Source: a virus
Direction: 5' to 3' (one strand)
Virus record (IMG/VR): IMGVR_UViG_3300035492_000062
Location: 1-32,924 of that record
Length of the DNA stretch: 32,924 nt
The translations under genes and the position numbers were made by a program. The notes beneath the pieces are model-generated. The model had not been told where the DNA came from. It made no database searches and was given only the letters and a program-made list of their open reading frames with translations. Shown one piece after another: positions 1 to 9,387 of the stretch. Each line of letters begins with the position of its first letter. The first letter of the stretch is position 1.

Positions 1-1089
1 TACTGCAAACAGTCTCACTTTGATGAAGAAAAAGTTGAGATAAATGTCTCAACAATAGAAGAAATAGAAAAAGAAATTACTGATGTTAGTAGTAATCTAA
101 AACAAATTTCTGACGAATATGAAGATGTTTGTATTGTACTGGACTCAATGACCAATGACACCACAAACTGGAGTCAGGTAATTTCTGCGTTTGGAAATCT
201 TGATTATAAGCGAACTTTACAGAAAGACACTTATGATAAAACGATGGCTGACTATGAGAAACGTCTTTCGTATTTATGTGGTGATGATGACCAAGATAAA
301 GTTGTTGATTCACTGATTGAAGACATTGAGTATTTAAACTCAGAAAGAGAGAAAATGTCAAAAGAAATCAATGAGAAGAGAGCAAAACATGGTGCACTTA
401 GCTCAGAAATTCAGCAAAGAAAACTTGGACTAAAATTCAAATCTGTTGCAGAACTAGATTTGTATATGACTCAGAAAGAGAAGATGCAAACTCAGTTGGA
501 GACATTGCAGAAAGAAACCAATCCAAATATGGATAAGATTTCTGTTCTCGAAGAGACTTTGGTTGATGAATCAGAAATCAAGAATGAATGCGAAGAGTTG
601 GTTAACCTAGAGAAACACACAGGATACTTGATTAAGTTGTTGACTGATCCGAAAAGCTTCATTCGTAAAAATATTCTTGAGCAGTACATTCCGGCTGTAA
701 ACAAGAAGATTTTGGAGAATACTCAGGAGCTTGGTTTGGGTCATGTTTGCAAAATCAACTCAGACTTATCTGTTGATGTGACGTACATGAATCGTCCAGT
801 GAGTTATTACAACCTCTCACAAGGAGAACGGTTGCGGTTGAATCTGGCCGTATCATCAGCATTCAGGCATCTGATGGGACTGTTAGGTAAGTCGTGTAAT
901 ATTGCTCTAGTTGATGAATACTTGGACTCTGCTCTGGACTCTGAAGGTATGAGAAAGGCATTCTCATTCATCAAGAAACAAGCAAAGTCAGTATGGATTG
1001 TATCACACAAGGATGAGTTAAAAGGTCAGACAGACCGAACCATGACAGTGGTTAAACAGAACGGATTTTCTTCAATAGAGTGGGCTTAA
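1..1089 (+). CDS. gp46: Rad50/SbcC-like recombination endonuclease ATPase subunit (T4 gp46-like), 5'-truncated
   Basis: Frame 1 is open from base 1 (YCKQ, probably the end of the zinc-hook CxxC). Coiled coil, ABC signature LSQGE, Walker B/D-loop IALVDEYLDSALD and H-loop IVSH. Confidence 0.92.
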   Translation, partial: YCKQSHFDEEKVEINVSTIEEIEKEITDVSSNLKQISDEYEDVCIVLDSMTNDTTNWSQVISAFGNLDYKRTLQKDTYDKTMADYEKRLSYLCGDDDQDKVVDSLIEDIEYLNSEREKMSKEINEKRAKHGALSSEIQQRKLGLKFKSVAELDLYMTQKEKMQTQLETLQKETNPNMDKISVLEETLVDESEIKNECEELVNLEKHTGYLIKLLTDPKSFIRKNILEQYIPAVNKKILENTQELGLGHVCKINSDLSVDVTYMNRPVSYYNLSQGERLRLNLAVSSAFRHLMGLLGKSCNIALVDEYLDSALDSEGMRKAFSFIKKQAKSVWIVSHKDELKGQTDRTMTVVKQNGFSSIEWA

Positions 1090-1101
1090 TGCCCACTTTT
1101 T
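1079..1101 (+). terminator. Rho-independent terminator
   Basis: AGTGGGC-ttaat-GCCCACT followed by a T run, overlapping the gp46 stop. Confidence 0.6.
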
Positions 1102-1138
1102 CATTGGTAAATATAACCAATGAGAGAGGAAATTTAAA

Positions 1139-1690
1139 ATGACAAAGATTGCATCTATTGGCATCGACCAAGCCTTTGGTAAAACCGCAGTAGTAATAAA
1201 CATTTCTAAAGGTGGGTTTAGAGATATTCGACACAAGCTTATCTCAAGCGTCCCTCTCAATTCTCCTTATGAAAAGTTCTTCCGAGCAAAATACATCGCT
1301 GCCGAGATCATGGCCTATATTGAGACCATCCGTGAAGAGTTTAAGAATGAAGATTTGAAATGGTTTGTGGTTATTGAAGGTTTATCTCACGGATCTGCTG
1401 GAAAGATGGCATCTGCTAACCGAGACTTAGCAGGATTACAATTCATCATTATGGATCGTATTCTTGAGGTCATTAGTGCAAACAACTGTCTAATGGTTGC
1501 CCCAAAGCAGTTGAAGAAATTTGCAACGGATAACGGCAATGCAACCAAAGATGACATGGTTTTGGCTATTGAAAAAGACTACAAAAAGTTCTATGATCTG
1601 TTGATGTCATTGCCTAAGACTACAGGTAGATATGACCTAGCAGACGCATTCTGGCTATCAGAATTCGCACACGAGACTATTAAAATTTAA
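1139..1690 (+). CDS. RuvC-like Holliday junction resolvase
   Basis: N-terminal IGIDQ, VVIEG, PKQLKKFATDNGNATKDDM and DLADAFW match the RuvC acidic catalytic pattern; GAGGA RBS. Confidence 0.85.
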   Translation: MTKIASIGIDQAFGKTAVVINISKGGFRDIRHKLISSVPLNSPYEKFFRAKYIAAEIMAYIETIREEFKNEDLKWFVVIEGLSHGSAGKMASANRDLAGLQFIIMDRILEVISANNCLMVAPKQLKKFATDNGNATKDDMVLAIEKDYKKFYDLLMSLPKTTGRYDLADAFWLSEFAHETIKI

Positions 1691-1700
1691 TGGGGGAGTT

Positions 1701-1967
1701 ATGCAATACAACAAAGGTATGCTCTCTGATGCCAGAGAAACCTACGAAGCTAGATTGGAAAATAAGAACTCAGTTGAGATTTGTACTAAACTTATCAATC
1801 TGTTTCACTCAGTACCATTGAGAAAGAATCTCAGTGCTGGTGAAAAATCAGAACTGATAGGTCAGATAAAAAAAGAAATCACCAACTTAAAGCCTAGACT
1901 ACCCAAACACTTTTGTGCTAACATTCCGCAATGGTTGAACAACCGAGACAAGTGGTTATCACGTTAA
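1701..1967 (+). CDS. hypothetical protein (88 aa)
   Basis: Strong GGGGGAG RBS; tightly packed between its neighbours. Confidence 0.7.
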   Translation: MQYNKGMLSDARETYEARLENKNSVEICTKLINLFHSVPLRKNLSAGEKSELIGQIKKEITNLKPRLPKHFCANIPQWLNNRDKWLSR

Positions 1968-1983
1968 GTGTGACGGGGAGATA

Positions 1984-3936
1984 ATGGATTTATTAGAAGT
2001 AGCCTTGCGATATGCCAGAAACGGCATAAAGGTTTTTCCTTGCAATTCTAGCAAAATTCCCGCCGAAAGAGGCGGTAATGGGTATAAAGATGCCACAACA
2101 TCCGAGAAAATAATCACGGATTGGTGGACTCGTATGCCAAATTCACTCATTGGTGCACCAAATGATCAGTTTCTGGTTATAGACTCAGATGACTATGACT
2201 TGTGCTATCTTGGTAAGATGCTACACCAACAAGCACTAACCAGACTAACAGAAGAACAAATTATCACAGAAGATGCCATGAGAGTGAAAACTGTCTCTGG
2301 TGGTACGCACTACTATTTTAAAAAAGACAACATATCCACTCGCTCCATTAAATGTCTTCCATATTTTGATCTGCTGTCCACTGGTGGTTATACCATTCTT
2401 CCAGACCAGTTAAACTATGTAGCAATCAACACGGATGTGCCATGGGATAAGATTTTAGACCTCCCAAAGTTTAAGGTAAAGGAATTTACCTACTTGGTTG
2501 ACGAGTTTGAAGAAGCAACATTAGCAGCAAAACGTCTAAAAGTTGACTCCGGTACTAAGTTAAGAGAGAAAAAGAATCCATCAAAGACAATTACCTTTAA
2601 AAAGAAAGAACCAGAAGAACTGCCAGAAAAAACTGATCATGAACTATACACACCTGCTGAGAAAAGAGACAACCCCTTCGTCAATGAAAGTCTACTGACT
2701 AATGGGAAACTTTATCTGAAAAAAGGTGAACTAAACTCAGAACTGGTCAATCGACTTTTTTATAATCGAGAGATACAACAGAAATTAGGAAAGTTTCTTG
2801 GTCTGAAACAAACTGACGATAGGATAACTCAGAGATCTGTTTTCACTCACCATCAAGATAAAAAACCATCAATGGGTGTAAGGTGGTCAAAGGAAAAGAC
2901 ATATCTGATTGTAAGAGATTTTTCTCTATTTTTCAGTAAACAGAAAGAATCAGACTATGATTTGGTGCGTTTATACACATCAAATATGTACGGTAGATCT
3001 TACAAACCAACAAAGACTGAGTTTGTTTTATGGTTCACTAGGTTACTCCATGAAGCGGGTATTTTACAGGTAGATATAAAACCGCTACCAGAAATAAAGT
3101 TGACTAAGAATGAATCAAAAGTTCTCGGTGCGTTGTATACGTTAGATGCGTATAAATCACTGTATGATGGTTATTCTGGTATGACCACATTCTCGGTTAG
3201 TTTTGCAAAGGCATGGTTGGGTGTAAATATAGGAAACGCCCTCAGTAAAATTAAAAAGTCACTGGTAGAGAAGAAGCTGATAGAAATTGTGGGAGACTAC
3301 GATTGCGCTGCAACATATCGGACTGATGGGTTTTATAAAACAGAATTGATTAAATTATCTGAAGGTGAACCAATGAATAACAACTCAAAATTAGCAACAC
3401 AACAATCTCAAGAAAATGAGGTTGAGAAAAAATATCCAGATCTTGGTACTGTATACTCGTTGAAAGTATCAGAAAAGTCATATAAAATTTTAAAGAATTT
3501 CTGTGATGACTTTGACATCCCAAACACACCAGATCGTGACTATATGCACGCTCCACTTCTTGTATCAGACTCATTCATTGCTGATGTATTAGAGAAGCCG
3601 GAAACACAATACCTGATGAATGATTTAACTTTGTTTATTGTGGATGCTGATGACAGAAACATGCTCATGTGTGAGGGTAAGAGTACAGCGTTTGAAGAAC
3701 TTTGGCGAATGATAAATGATAAACATGGAAAACGTAGAGATGATTTCATTGAAGACCCCATCCCAGCGTTTGTTCTGAGTTATGATATTGGTGACGTTGA
3801 ATTAGACTTAAATGCGTTGGAATTGAAACTGAACGAGTACACTAACCCAGCAATCATGTTAAACGATTTTAAAACACACTATATTAATAATGACCAGATG
3901 GATGATGTTTTAGACGGAATCGCACCGGAGATTTAA
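1984..3936 (+). CDS. Bifunctional primase-polymerase (AEP prim-pol) with C-terminal gp57B/Acb1-like 2H domain
   Basis: N-terminal prim-pol motifs: ALRYARNGIKVFPC..K.P, GYKDATT, WW...PN..IG, LVIDSD, VKTVSGGTHYYF, GGYTILP. The C-terminal ~170 aa resemble T4 gp57B (see findings). Confidence 0.85.
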   Translation: MDLLEVALRYARNGIKVFPCNSSKIPAERGGNGYKDATTSEKIITDWWTRMPNSLIGAPNDQFLVIDSDDYDLCYLGKMLHQQALTRLTEEQIITEDAMRVKTVSGGTHYYFKKDNISTRSIKCLPYFDLLSTGGYTILPDQLNYVAINTDVPWDKILDLPKFKVKEFTYLVDEFEEATLAAKRLKVDSGTKLREKKNPSKTITFKKKEPEELPEKTDHELYTPAEKRDNPFVNESLLTNGKLYLKKGELNSELVNRLFYNREIQQKLGKFLGLKQTDDRITQRSVFTHHQDKKPSMGVRWSKEKTYLIVRDFSLFFSKQKESDYDLVRLYTSNMYGRSYKPTKTEFVLWFTRLLHEAGILQVDIKPLPEIKLTKNESKVLGALYTLDAYKSLYDGYSGMTTFSVSFAKAWLGVNIGNALSKIKKSLVEKKLIEIVGDYDCAATYRTDGFYKTELIKLSEGEPMNNNSKLATQQSQENEVEKKYPDLGTVYSLKVSEKSYKILKNFCDDFDIPNTPDRDYMHAPLLVSDSFIADVLEKPETQYLMNDLTLFIVDADDRNMLMCEGKSTAFEELWRMINDKHGKRRDDFIEDPIPAFVLSYDIGDVELDLNALELKLNEYTNPAIMLNDFKTHYINNDQMDDVLDGIAPEI

Positions 3937-3947
3937 TCTCCGGTTTT
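3924..3947. terminator. Hairpin between convergent genes, probable terminator
   Basis: ACCGGAGATT-t-AATCTCCGGT inverted repeat followed by TTT, between the prim-pol stop and the gp2 stop. Confidence 0.6.
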
Positions 3948-4458
3948 ATCTCACACCAAGTTTATATAAATTCTCATACGGGGATTTTACCTTTAAAACA
4001 TCCGGCCACTCATTCAGTTGGTAGGTTTTTTCTACACGAATACCAATAATTTTATACCGCCGAACAATTCCCTGAACCTGTGGGACCAAACGTTTCAAAC
4101 TGTCATAGTTTATAATTATTGGAGTGTTTCCTTTTATTCTAGCTGCGTTTGCATCCAACACGTATTTTAAAATCTTTCTCCTATAAAGTGGCGGTATATA
4201 ACGCAAATTTAACCCGATGACAGTATTGTACTGTGGCTCAAACCCCATTATTAATACTAATGGTGTCCTGTCATGATCATAGCCTGCATATGAAATGTCT
4301 GAGATCCCTCCCAAAACCATATTCTGAATTTTTTTCTTCTGGTACTGTCTGGTTGCATAGATATTCGGGTCTTGCATACCAAGACCAACTTTAGTCATAT
4401 CATACCCATCGTACATGTCCAACAGGTCTTTTGTTATTGCTTGGCTTATGACTGCCAT
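3946..4458 (-). CDS. gp2: DNA end protector protein (T4 gp2-like)
   Basis: HDRTPLVLIMG...GLNLRYIPP..R resembles the gp2 motif D.FPL...GLNLHY.PP; GGAGGAG RBS; the only credible minus-strand gene. Confidence 0.75.
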   Translation of the reverse strand: MAVISQAITKDLLDMYDGYDMTKVGLGMQDPNIYATRQYQKKKIQNMVLGGISDISYAGYDHDRTPLVLIMGFEPQYNTVIGLNLRYIPPLYRRKILKYVLDANAARIKGNTPIIINYDSLKRLVPQVQGIVRRYKIIGIRVEKTYQLNEWPDVLKVKSPYENLYKLGVR

Positions 4459-4480
4459 TTCTCCTCCATTGGATTCTAGT

Positions 4481-4505
4481 GTAAATAAGTGATGTAATTA
4501 TTTAT
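4481..4505. promoter_or_regulatory. Overlapping divergent late promoters (GTAAATA on +, ATAAATA on -)
   Basis: GTAAATA at 4481-4487 upstream of the portal; TATTTAT at 4499-4505 reads ATAAATA toward gp2. Both resemble the T4 late promoter TATAAATA. Confidence 0.55.
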
Positions 4506-4519
4506 TGTCGAGGAAAACG

Positions 4520-7453
4520 ATGACTGAAATATTAAAAGAGAGTGCGTGGAAGCCTGTGAGTTTGGGTAGGGCTAAAAATGGCTACGACATCACTGCAACC
4601 GCCGTAAGTTCATCTTGGTACAACACACAACTAGATAACTCTGGTACACGTCTGACTCGTCTGAGACGTTTTCATGATGCAGATTGCTGCTCGGTAGAAA
4701 TCAGTCGTGCTTTAGATATTCTTGCCCAAGATATCAGTTCATCAAATGCTGACGATGAACCTATTTTTTATTTAGACTATGACGAGAATATAGATTTCAA
4801 AAAATCAACAATTTCTCTTTTGAATGAAATGAAGAATCTTTGGGAAAAGAGAACTGAGTTTGAAGATAAACTTTTTGACCGTGTAAGAAAAGTTCTGAAG
4901 TACGGCTCGCAGTTCTGGAGACGCAATGCTGATGGCTCGTTAAAGTACTATCCGACTGAACGAATGATTGGATATATTTTAAATGAAGATAATGAAGAAG
5001 AAGTCACACACTACGTATATGATCCTAAAGCACAGTTGGTAGAACAAGATCACAACTTCATTAGAAACCTTAGCCAACAACAGAAGAAAAAAGAAGTAGA
5101 AGTTATCCCAGTATCAGAGTTAGTCATTTTAAAAATTGGTGATAAGCCATTTGGTGAGTCTGTACTGGAAAAAGTTTATTCAACATGGCGTCAACTTCAC
5201 ATGTTAGAGACTGCAATGGTCATCTATCGTGTTGTACGGGCACCAGAGCGCAGAATTTATTATATTGATACCGGAAACTTACAAGGACACAAGCGTGAAG
5301 CTGCTATTGAGAAACAGCGTTTACGCCTGATGCAGAAGCAAGTAACCAAGGGCAATACTGGCGACGTCTCAACTGAATATGATCCACATTCAACGAGTGA
5401 AGACATCTTCATTCCAACCAACTCACAGGGTAAAGGCTCTAGAGTGGAAACGTTACAAGGTGGATGTTTGGCAATGGACACCAAAGTTGCGCTTTTAGAT
5501 GGCCGCCATCTTTCAATAAAAGATATTGAAGATGAAATGAAGTCTGGAAAAACACTTTGGACATATTCCGCTTGCCCAGAAACGGGAAAACTAGCAGCAG
5601 GTCTAATCACTTGGGCTGGGGTAACTCAAAAATCAGCGAAAGTTATGAGAATCACCCTTGATAATGGTGAAACTGTCGTATGTACACTTGACCACAAGTT
5701 CCCTGTACAGCAAAAAGGTTTCCTGCGAGCTGATGAGTTGAAAATTGGCGAAAGTATGATGCCGTTTACTAAGAAATTTGAAAAAATTTCTGAAAAGACT
5801 GGCGATTATGAATTAGTTTATGACATCTCTACAAGAGAATGGATTTATACACATAGACTGGTTGCTGATTCTTTGCGCGGTGATGTTGTTGAAGTTAATG
5901 ACTATCTAAATGAAGGTGAAGATGCAAACTTTTATGTAAGACACCACAAGGATTTTGACAGATATAACAATGATCCATCAAATCTGTGTTTTATGACATG
6001 GCTCGGTCATATGAAACTGCATTCTGATTTTGGATTTAGTGAAGAAATGCAAGAAAAAGGCACCATTGCAGCCAAAGAGCGCTTGGTCAAAATGAAAGCG
6101 GAAGATCCAGATGCTTATGCTGAGCATGTAGAAAAAGTCAGACGCAATACCAAAGCATGGTGGGATAGTCTGACACAGACAGAACGTGATGATATGTCTA
6201 AGATTTTTTCTAAAAACATCAAAAATTATATAGAAAGTCTTTCTGAAGAAGAAAAAGAAGCTCGTGCTGAAATATCAAGAATAAACTTTAAAAAAGGTTC
6301 AGATGTTTTTCATGAGAAATTTGCGACAGATCCAGAGTTTGCTGAATTTATTATGAAAAAACGTATGGAGTACTGGACAGAAGAAAATAGAAAAGCTCAC
6401 GGTGCGAAATCATCAAAGAATATGAAAAAACTTTGGGATAACAACAGAGAGACTTTACTTAAAAATCATAAAGAACGGCAGAAGTTAGTATTCTCTCAGT
6501 CGATGATGGATTGCGCGATCTCTTTATGTTCAGGAAAAACAACGCACGAATACACAATTGAATCTTTAGTTAGTGACATGAATAACAACAGTGAAATTGT
6601 TGGTGAATTTTTAGAATTAAACTCTAAAAAATCAACACCAAACTTCAGTGTTGAAAACGGATTCACTAAGGGAAGTATCATTAAAATGTGTAAGCAGTAT
6701 GGTTATAAGACTTACCATCAATTCAGAAAAAATCTTAAATTGCACAACCACAAAATTGTGAATATTGAGATTCTTGATGATGAAATAGAAGTCGGTACTT
6801 TAACCATTGATGGTCAAGAAAAATATCACGACTATCACACATTTGCTCTTTCTTGTGGAATTTTTACTAAAAACTCTGCATTGGGTGAAGTGAGAGATGT
6901 AAAATACTTCCTTGATAAATTAGCAGCCGGTTTGAGAATCCCAAGCTCAATGATCGACTCTGGTGGAGAAGAAAGTAGAGATCAGTACTCAGACATGCGT
7001 GTAGGTCAAGTCTATCAAATAGAAATTCGTTACATTGGACACATCAAACGTATTCAAAGATACTTTGAAAAGGTTCTACATTGTGAGTTTGAAATGTTCT
7101 GTAAAAATCGTGAAGTCATGATTCCAGAAGGGATTAAGCTCATGATTAACGAACCAACATCATTTGCACTCTATAAAGAAATCGAAGTGAACCAAGCATT
7201 GTTAAACGTTTATAACAGCACAATGAGTATTCAGCAGCTGTCTAAAAAATATGCAATGAAGAAGTATCTTGGTTTTGATGATGAAGATTTGAGACAAAAC
7301 GAACGAGACAAGCTGATACAAATTGGTCTGGACGATAAGACCATCAAAGCATTAGATCAGCGATTGATTGAAAATATTGTATATGGTGATGGACGTGCTG
7401 CTGCTAATAACTTAGGTCTGCCACCAGAAACATTCCAACCGACAGGATATTAA
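4520..7453 (+). CDS. gp20: Portal protein (T4 gp20-like) containing an intein
   Basis: Portal motifs QLHMLETAMVIYRVVRAPERRIYYIDTGNL, EDIFIP, VETLQGG, DVKYF..KL...LRIPSS. ATG at 4520 preceded by GAGGA is preferred over TTG 4505. Confidence 0.95.
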   Translation: MTEILKESAWKPVSLGRAKNGYDITATAVSSSWYNTQLDNSGTRLTRLRRFHDADCCSVEISRALDILAQDISSSNADDEPIFYLDYDENIDFKKSTISLLNEMKNLWEKRTEFEDKLFDRVRKVLKYGSQFWRRNADGSLKYYPTERMIGYILNEDNEEEVTHYVYDPKAQLVEQDHNFIRNLSQQQKKKEVEVIPVSELVILKIGDKPFGESVLEKVYSTWRQLHMLETAMVIYRVVRAPERRIYYIDTGNLQGHKREAAIEKQRLRLMQKQVTKGNTGDVSTEYDPHSTSEDIFIPTNSQGKGSRVETLQGGCLAMDTKVALLDGRHLSIKDIEDEMKSGKTLWTYSACPETGKLAAGLITWAGVTQKSAKVMRITLDNGETVVCTLDHKFPVQQKGFLRADELKIGESMMPFTKKFEKISEKTGDYELVYDISTREWIYTHRLVADSLRGDVVEVNDYLNEGEDANFYVRHHKDFDRYNNDPSNLCFMTWLGHMKLHSDFGFSEEMQEKGTIAAKERLVKMKAEDPDAYAEHVEKVRRNTKAWWDSLTQTERDDMSKIFSKNIKNYIESLSEEEKEARAEISRINFKKGSDVFHEKFATDPEFAEFIMKKRMEYWTEENRKAHGAKSSKNMKKLWDNNRETLLKNHKERQKLVFSQSMMDCAISLCSGKTTHEYTIESLVSDMNNNSEIVGEFLELNSKKSTPNFSVENGFTKGSIIKMCKQYGYKTYHQFRKNLKLHNHKIVNIEILDDEIEVGTLTIDGQEKYHDYHTFALSCGIFTKNSALGEVRDVKYFLDKLAAGLRIPSSMIDSGGEESRDQYSDMRVGQVYQIEIRYIGHIKRIQRYFEKVLHCEFEMFCKNREVMIPEGIKLMINEPTSFALYKEIEVNQALLNVYNSTMSIQQLSKKYAMKKYLGFDDEDLRQNERDKLIQIGLDDKTIKALDQRLIENIVYGDGRAAANNLGLPPETFQPTGY
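5465..6874 (+). mobile_element. Intein (470 aa) with HNH homing endonuclease, inside the portal
   Basis: Block A CLAMDTKVALLDG, block B VCTLDHKF, HNH motif RHHKDFDRYNNDPSNL...H..LH, C-terminal VGTLTIDG...HTFAL..GIFTKN followed by Ser+1. Confidence 0.93.
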
Positions 7454-7456
7454 ACT

Positions 7457-7888
7457 ATGAATGAAGAAAAATTAAAACTAAAAATTAAGAGAAAAATCCA
7501 AGACAGAATAATTCAAGAATCTCGGTTAGCTAATGTAGGCAGGGTAGTTGGTGCTAGTTTATTAGGAGCTGCGTCTGGTGCTGCTGTTTCTGCTGGAGCA
7601 GCTGCTCTACTTGGAAGCAATAAAGTATCAGTCGGTATGAGTGCTGCGCGTGGTGCATTGGCCGGTGCTGCTCTTTCTGCCAAGAACCAATATGATAAAA
7701 ATAAAACTCATGCAGAACACTATCGGGTTAAGGATTTAAAGAAGATGATCGAGCGAGGCATAAAAGAACTACAAAAGATCAGGAATTCTAATGACTCCGA
7801 TAAAGATGAGCGTATGAAAAATAAAACAGAACAGATAAGAAAATGGACTGCTGAAATGCAAGAAATCATTTCTCGCAACAATAAATGA
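7457..7888 (+). CDS. Glycine-zipper protein, putative internal head protein
   Basis: Gly/Ala-rich hydrophobic segment; IQE-S possible protease site; C-terminus paralogous to 8536..8892; lies between portal and protease. Confidence 0.6.
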   Translation: MNEEKLKLKIKRKIQDRIIQESRLANVGRVVGASLLGAASGAAVSAGAAALLGSNKVSVGMSAARGALAGAALSAKNQYDKNKTHAEHYRVKDLKKMIERGIKELQKIRNSNDSDKDERMKNKTEQIRKWTAEMQEIISRNNK

Positions 7889-7932
7889 CAAAGTAGTAAA
7901 TAAAGTTAGAATTTGAATTTAAGGAGCAATAA

Positions 7933-8526
7933 ATGAGTAACACAATCAAAGCACACGTATCTGACATGATTTCCAAGTATCTAGCAGAAAGCTTCGCTCA
8001 GCAACCTATTGAGTATGAAGTAGACTTGAATGAATCTTTTATTGGTTCTGTAAAAGGTGCAGCTGCTGGCACCGGTGCAGCAATCATCCAAATGGCTGGT
8101 GGTGCATTAACTTTTATTAATGGAGCACCAATTACAGGTACTGTTATTTTCGCATCAAGTATTCTGACAGGTACATTAGTCGGACGTTTAGTTAAAGTTG
8201 GCTATGAAATGGGCACAGTACGCAAATTAGATGCCGAGCTTGCTCAGAACGTAGCAAAACGAGATGAATTGCTTTCAGCATATACGTCTGCAACTGCATT
8301 AGGTTTTGCTGATCCAAAGCAGTATCAATCCAAGGTTGCTCAATTGACAAAAGAACAGCAAAAAATCGGTGACAAGTTAATGAAACATTTAATGAGTTCT
8401 AAGATGACTCTTGAACAACATATCCCGAATGAAGTAATGGACAAGCTGTTCACGATTGCTGATTTAGCAAAGAAAGGTTCAATCACGAGTGTACAAGAAG
8501 CGGCCAAATACCGTGTGTCTTTATAA
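7933..8526 (+). CDS. Putative internal head/virion protein with Gly/Ala-rich hydrophobic helices
   Basis: AAGGAG RBS; GTAAATA at 7896; LAE-S and LNE-S motifs before a hydrophobic hairpin. Confidence 0.6.
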   Translation: MSNTIKAHVSDMISKYLAESFAQQPIEYEVDLNESFIGSVKGAAAGTGAAIIQMAGGALTFINGAPITGTVIFASSILTGTLVGRLVKVGYEMGTVRKLDAELAQNVAKRDELLSAYTSATALGFADPKQYQSKVAQLTKEQQKIGDKLMKHLMSSKMTLEQHIPNEVMDKLFTIADLAKKGSITSVQEAAKYRVSL

Positions 8527-8535
8527 GGAAAAATT

Positions 8536-8892
8536 ATGAAAAATGATATTTTAGATACAATTATTTTAGAAGCAGTCAAAACAACAATAGGTCAGAAAGT
8601 CGGTGCTGCTGCAATGGGTGCTCTTGGTCTTGGTCTTGGGACAGTTGGCAGTGGAAGTTATAAAGTTGGTGCTGCGACTGGTGCAGCTATGGGTGCTGCT
8701 CAGCTTGCAGCATCTAGGAGTAAAAATAAGAAAAGAGCAACAGAACTTCAGGGAATGATTGATCGTGGCAGTGATTTATTGATGAAATGGAAAAAAGAAC
8801 GCAATCCTAGTGATGAAACTAAAAAAGACATTGCTAGAAAAGAAGAACAGATGCGCAAATGGAAAGCTGAACTATCAAAAATCCAGAGCTAA
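8536..8892 (+). CDS. Glycine-zipper protein, paralog of 7457..7888
   Basis: GAAAMGALGLGLG...GAATGAAMGAA; MIDRG...EQMRKWKAEL matches MIERG...EQIRKWTAEM in the paralog. Confidence 0.65.
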   Translation: MKNDILDTIILEAVKTTIGQKVGAAAMGALGLGLGTVGSGSYKVGAATGAAMGAAQLAASRSKNKKRATELQGMIDRGSDLLMKWKKERNPSDETKKDIARKEEQMRKWKAELSKIQS

Positions 8893-8933
8893 TAATTTAT
8901 AATAATTTGCATATTCATTAAGAGGAAAACAAA

Positions 8934-9378
8934 ATGAGTGAAGATTTAAAAGAAATTATTGCAAAAAAAGTACAATTGGCGCTGTTAGAAGGGTGCAAAT
9001 ACACCAAGAAAACGAATGAAGCTGAAGAAGATGATGAACTGGATGATGATGCAGTAGAAGAAATGTCAGTTAGACGTGCAGCAGTCATTGGGGGCTTAGT
9101 TGGTGGACCAGTTGGTGCCATGGTAGGTGGTATGTATGCAAAAGGCAAACAACACACACTAGACGATCAAATTCGAGCTGCTGAGAAAAAAAGTTCAAGA
9201 TTGGTCTAAAGATCCAAAGAATAAATAGAAGGTTGAGAAGAAGCGCAAACAAATCAACCAATGGAAGCGTCAATTAGCAGATCTTAAGACTAAAGGTAAG
9301 GGCGAGGCCGGTGCTGCTCGTACAAAAATGGCTACCACAGATCGTGGTCGCGATCAGGATAATGCATCAAAGAAATAA
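8934..9378 (+). pseudogene. Glycine-zipper paralog interrupted by a frameshift (A7 run) and an in-frame TAG
   Basis: The 0-frame ORF stops at 9209. The +1 frame from 9193 reads VQDWSKDPKNK*KVEKKRKQINQWKRQLADLK...KK to TAA at 9378, matching the paralogs' QIRKW.AE motif. Confidence 0.6.
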
Positions 9379-9387
9379 GGAACCATC

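Noticed and set aside
9226-9228. Genome-wide TAG recoding
   Set aside because: The long genes are intact in code 11, TAG serves as a normal stop for several ORFs, and no CTA suppressor tRNA is seen.
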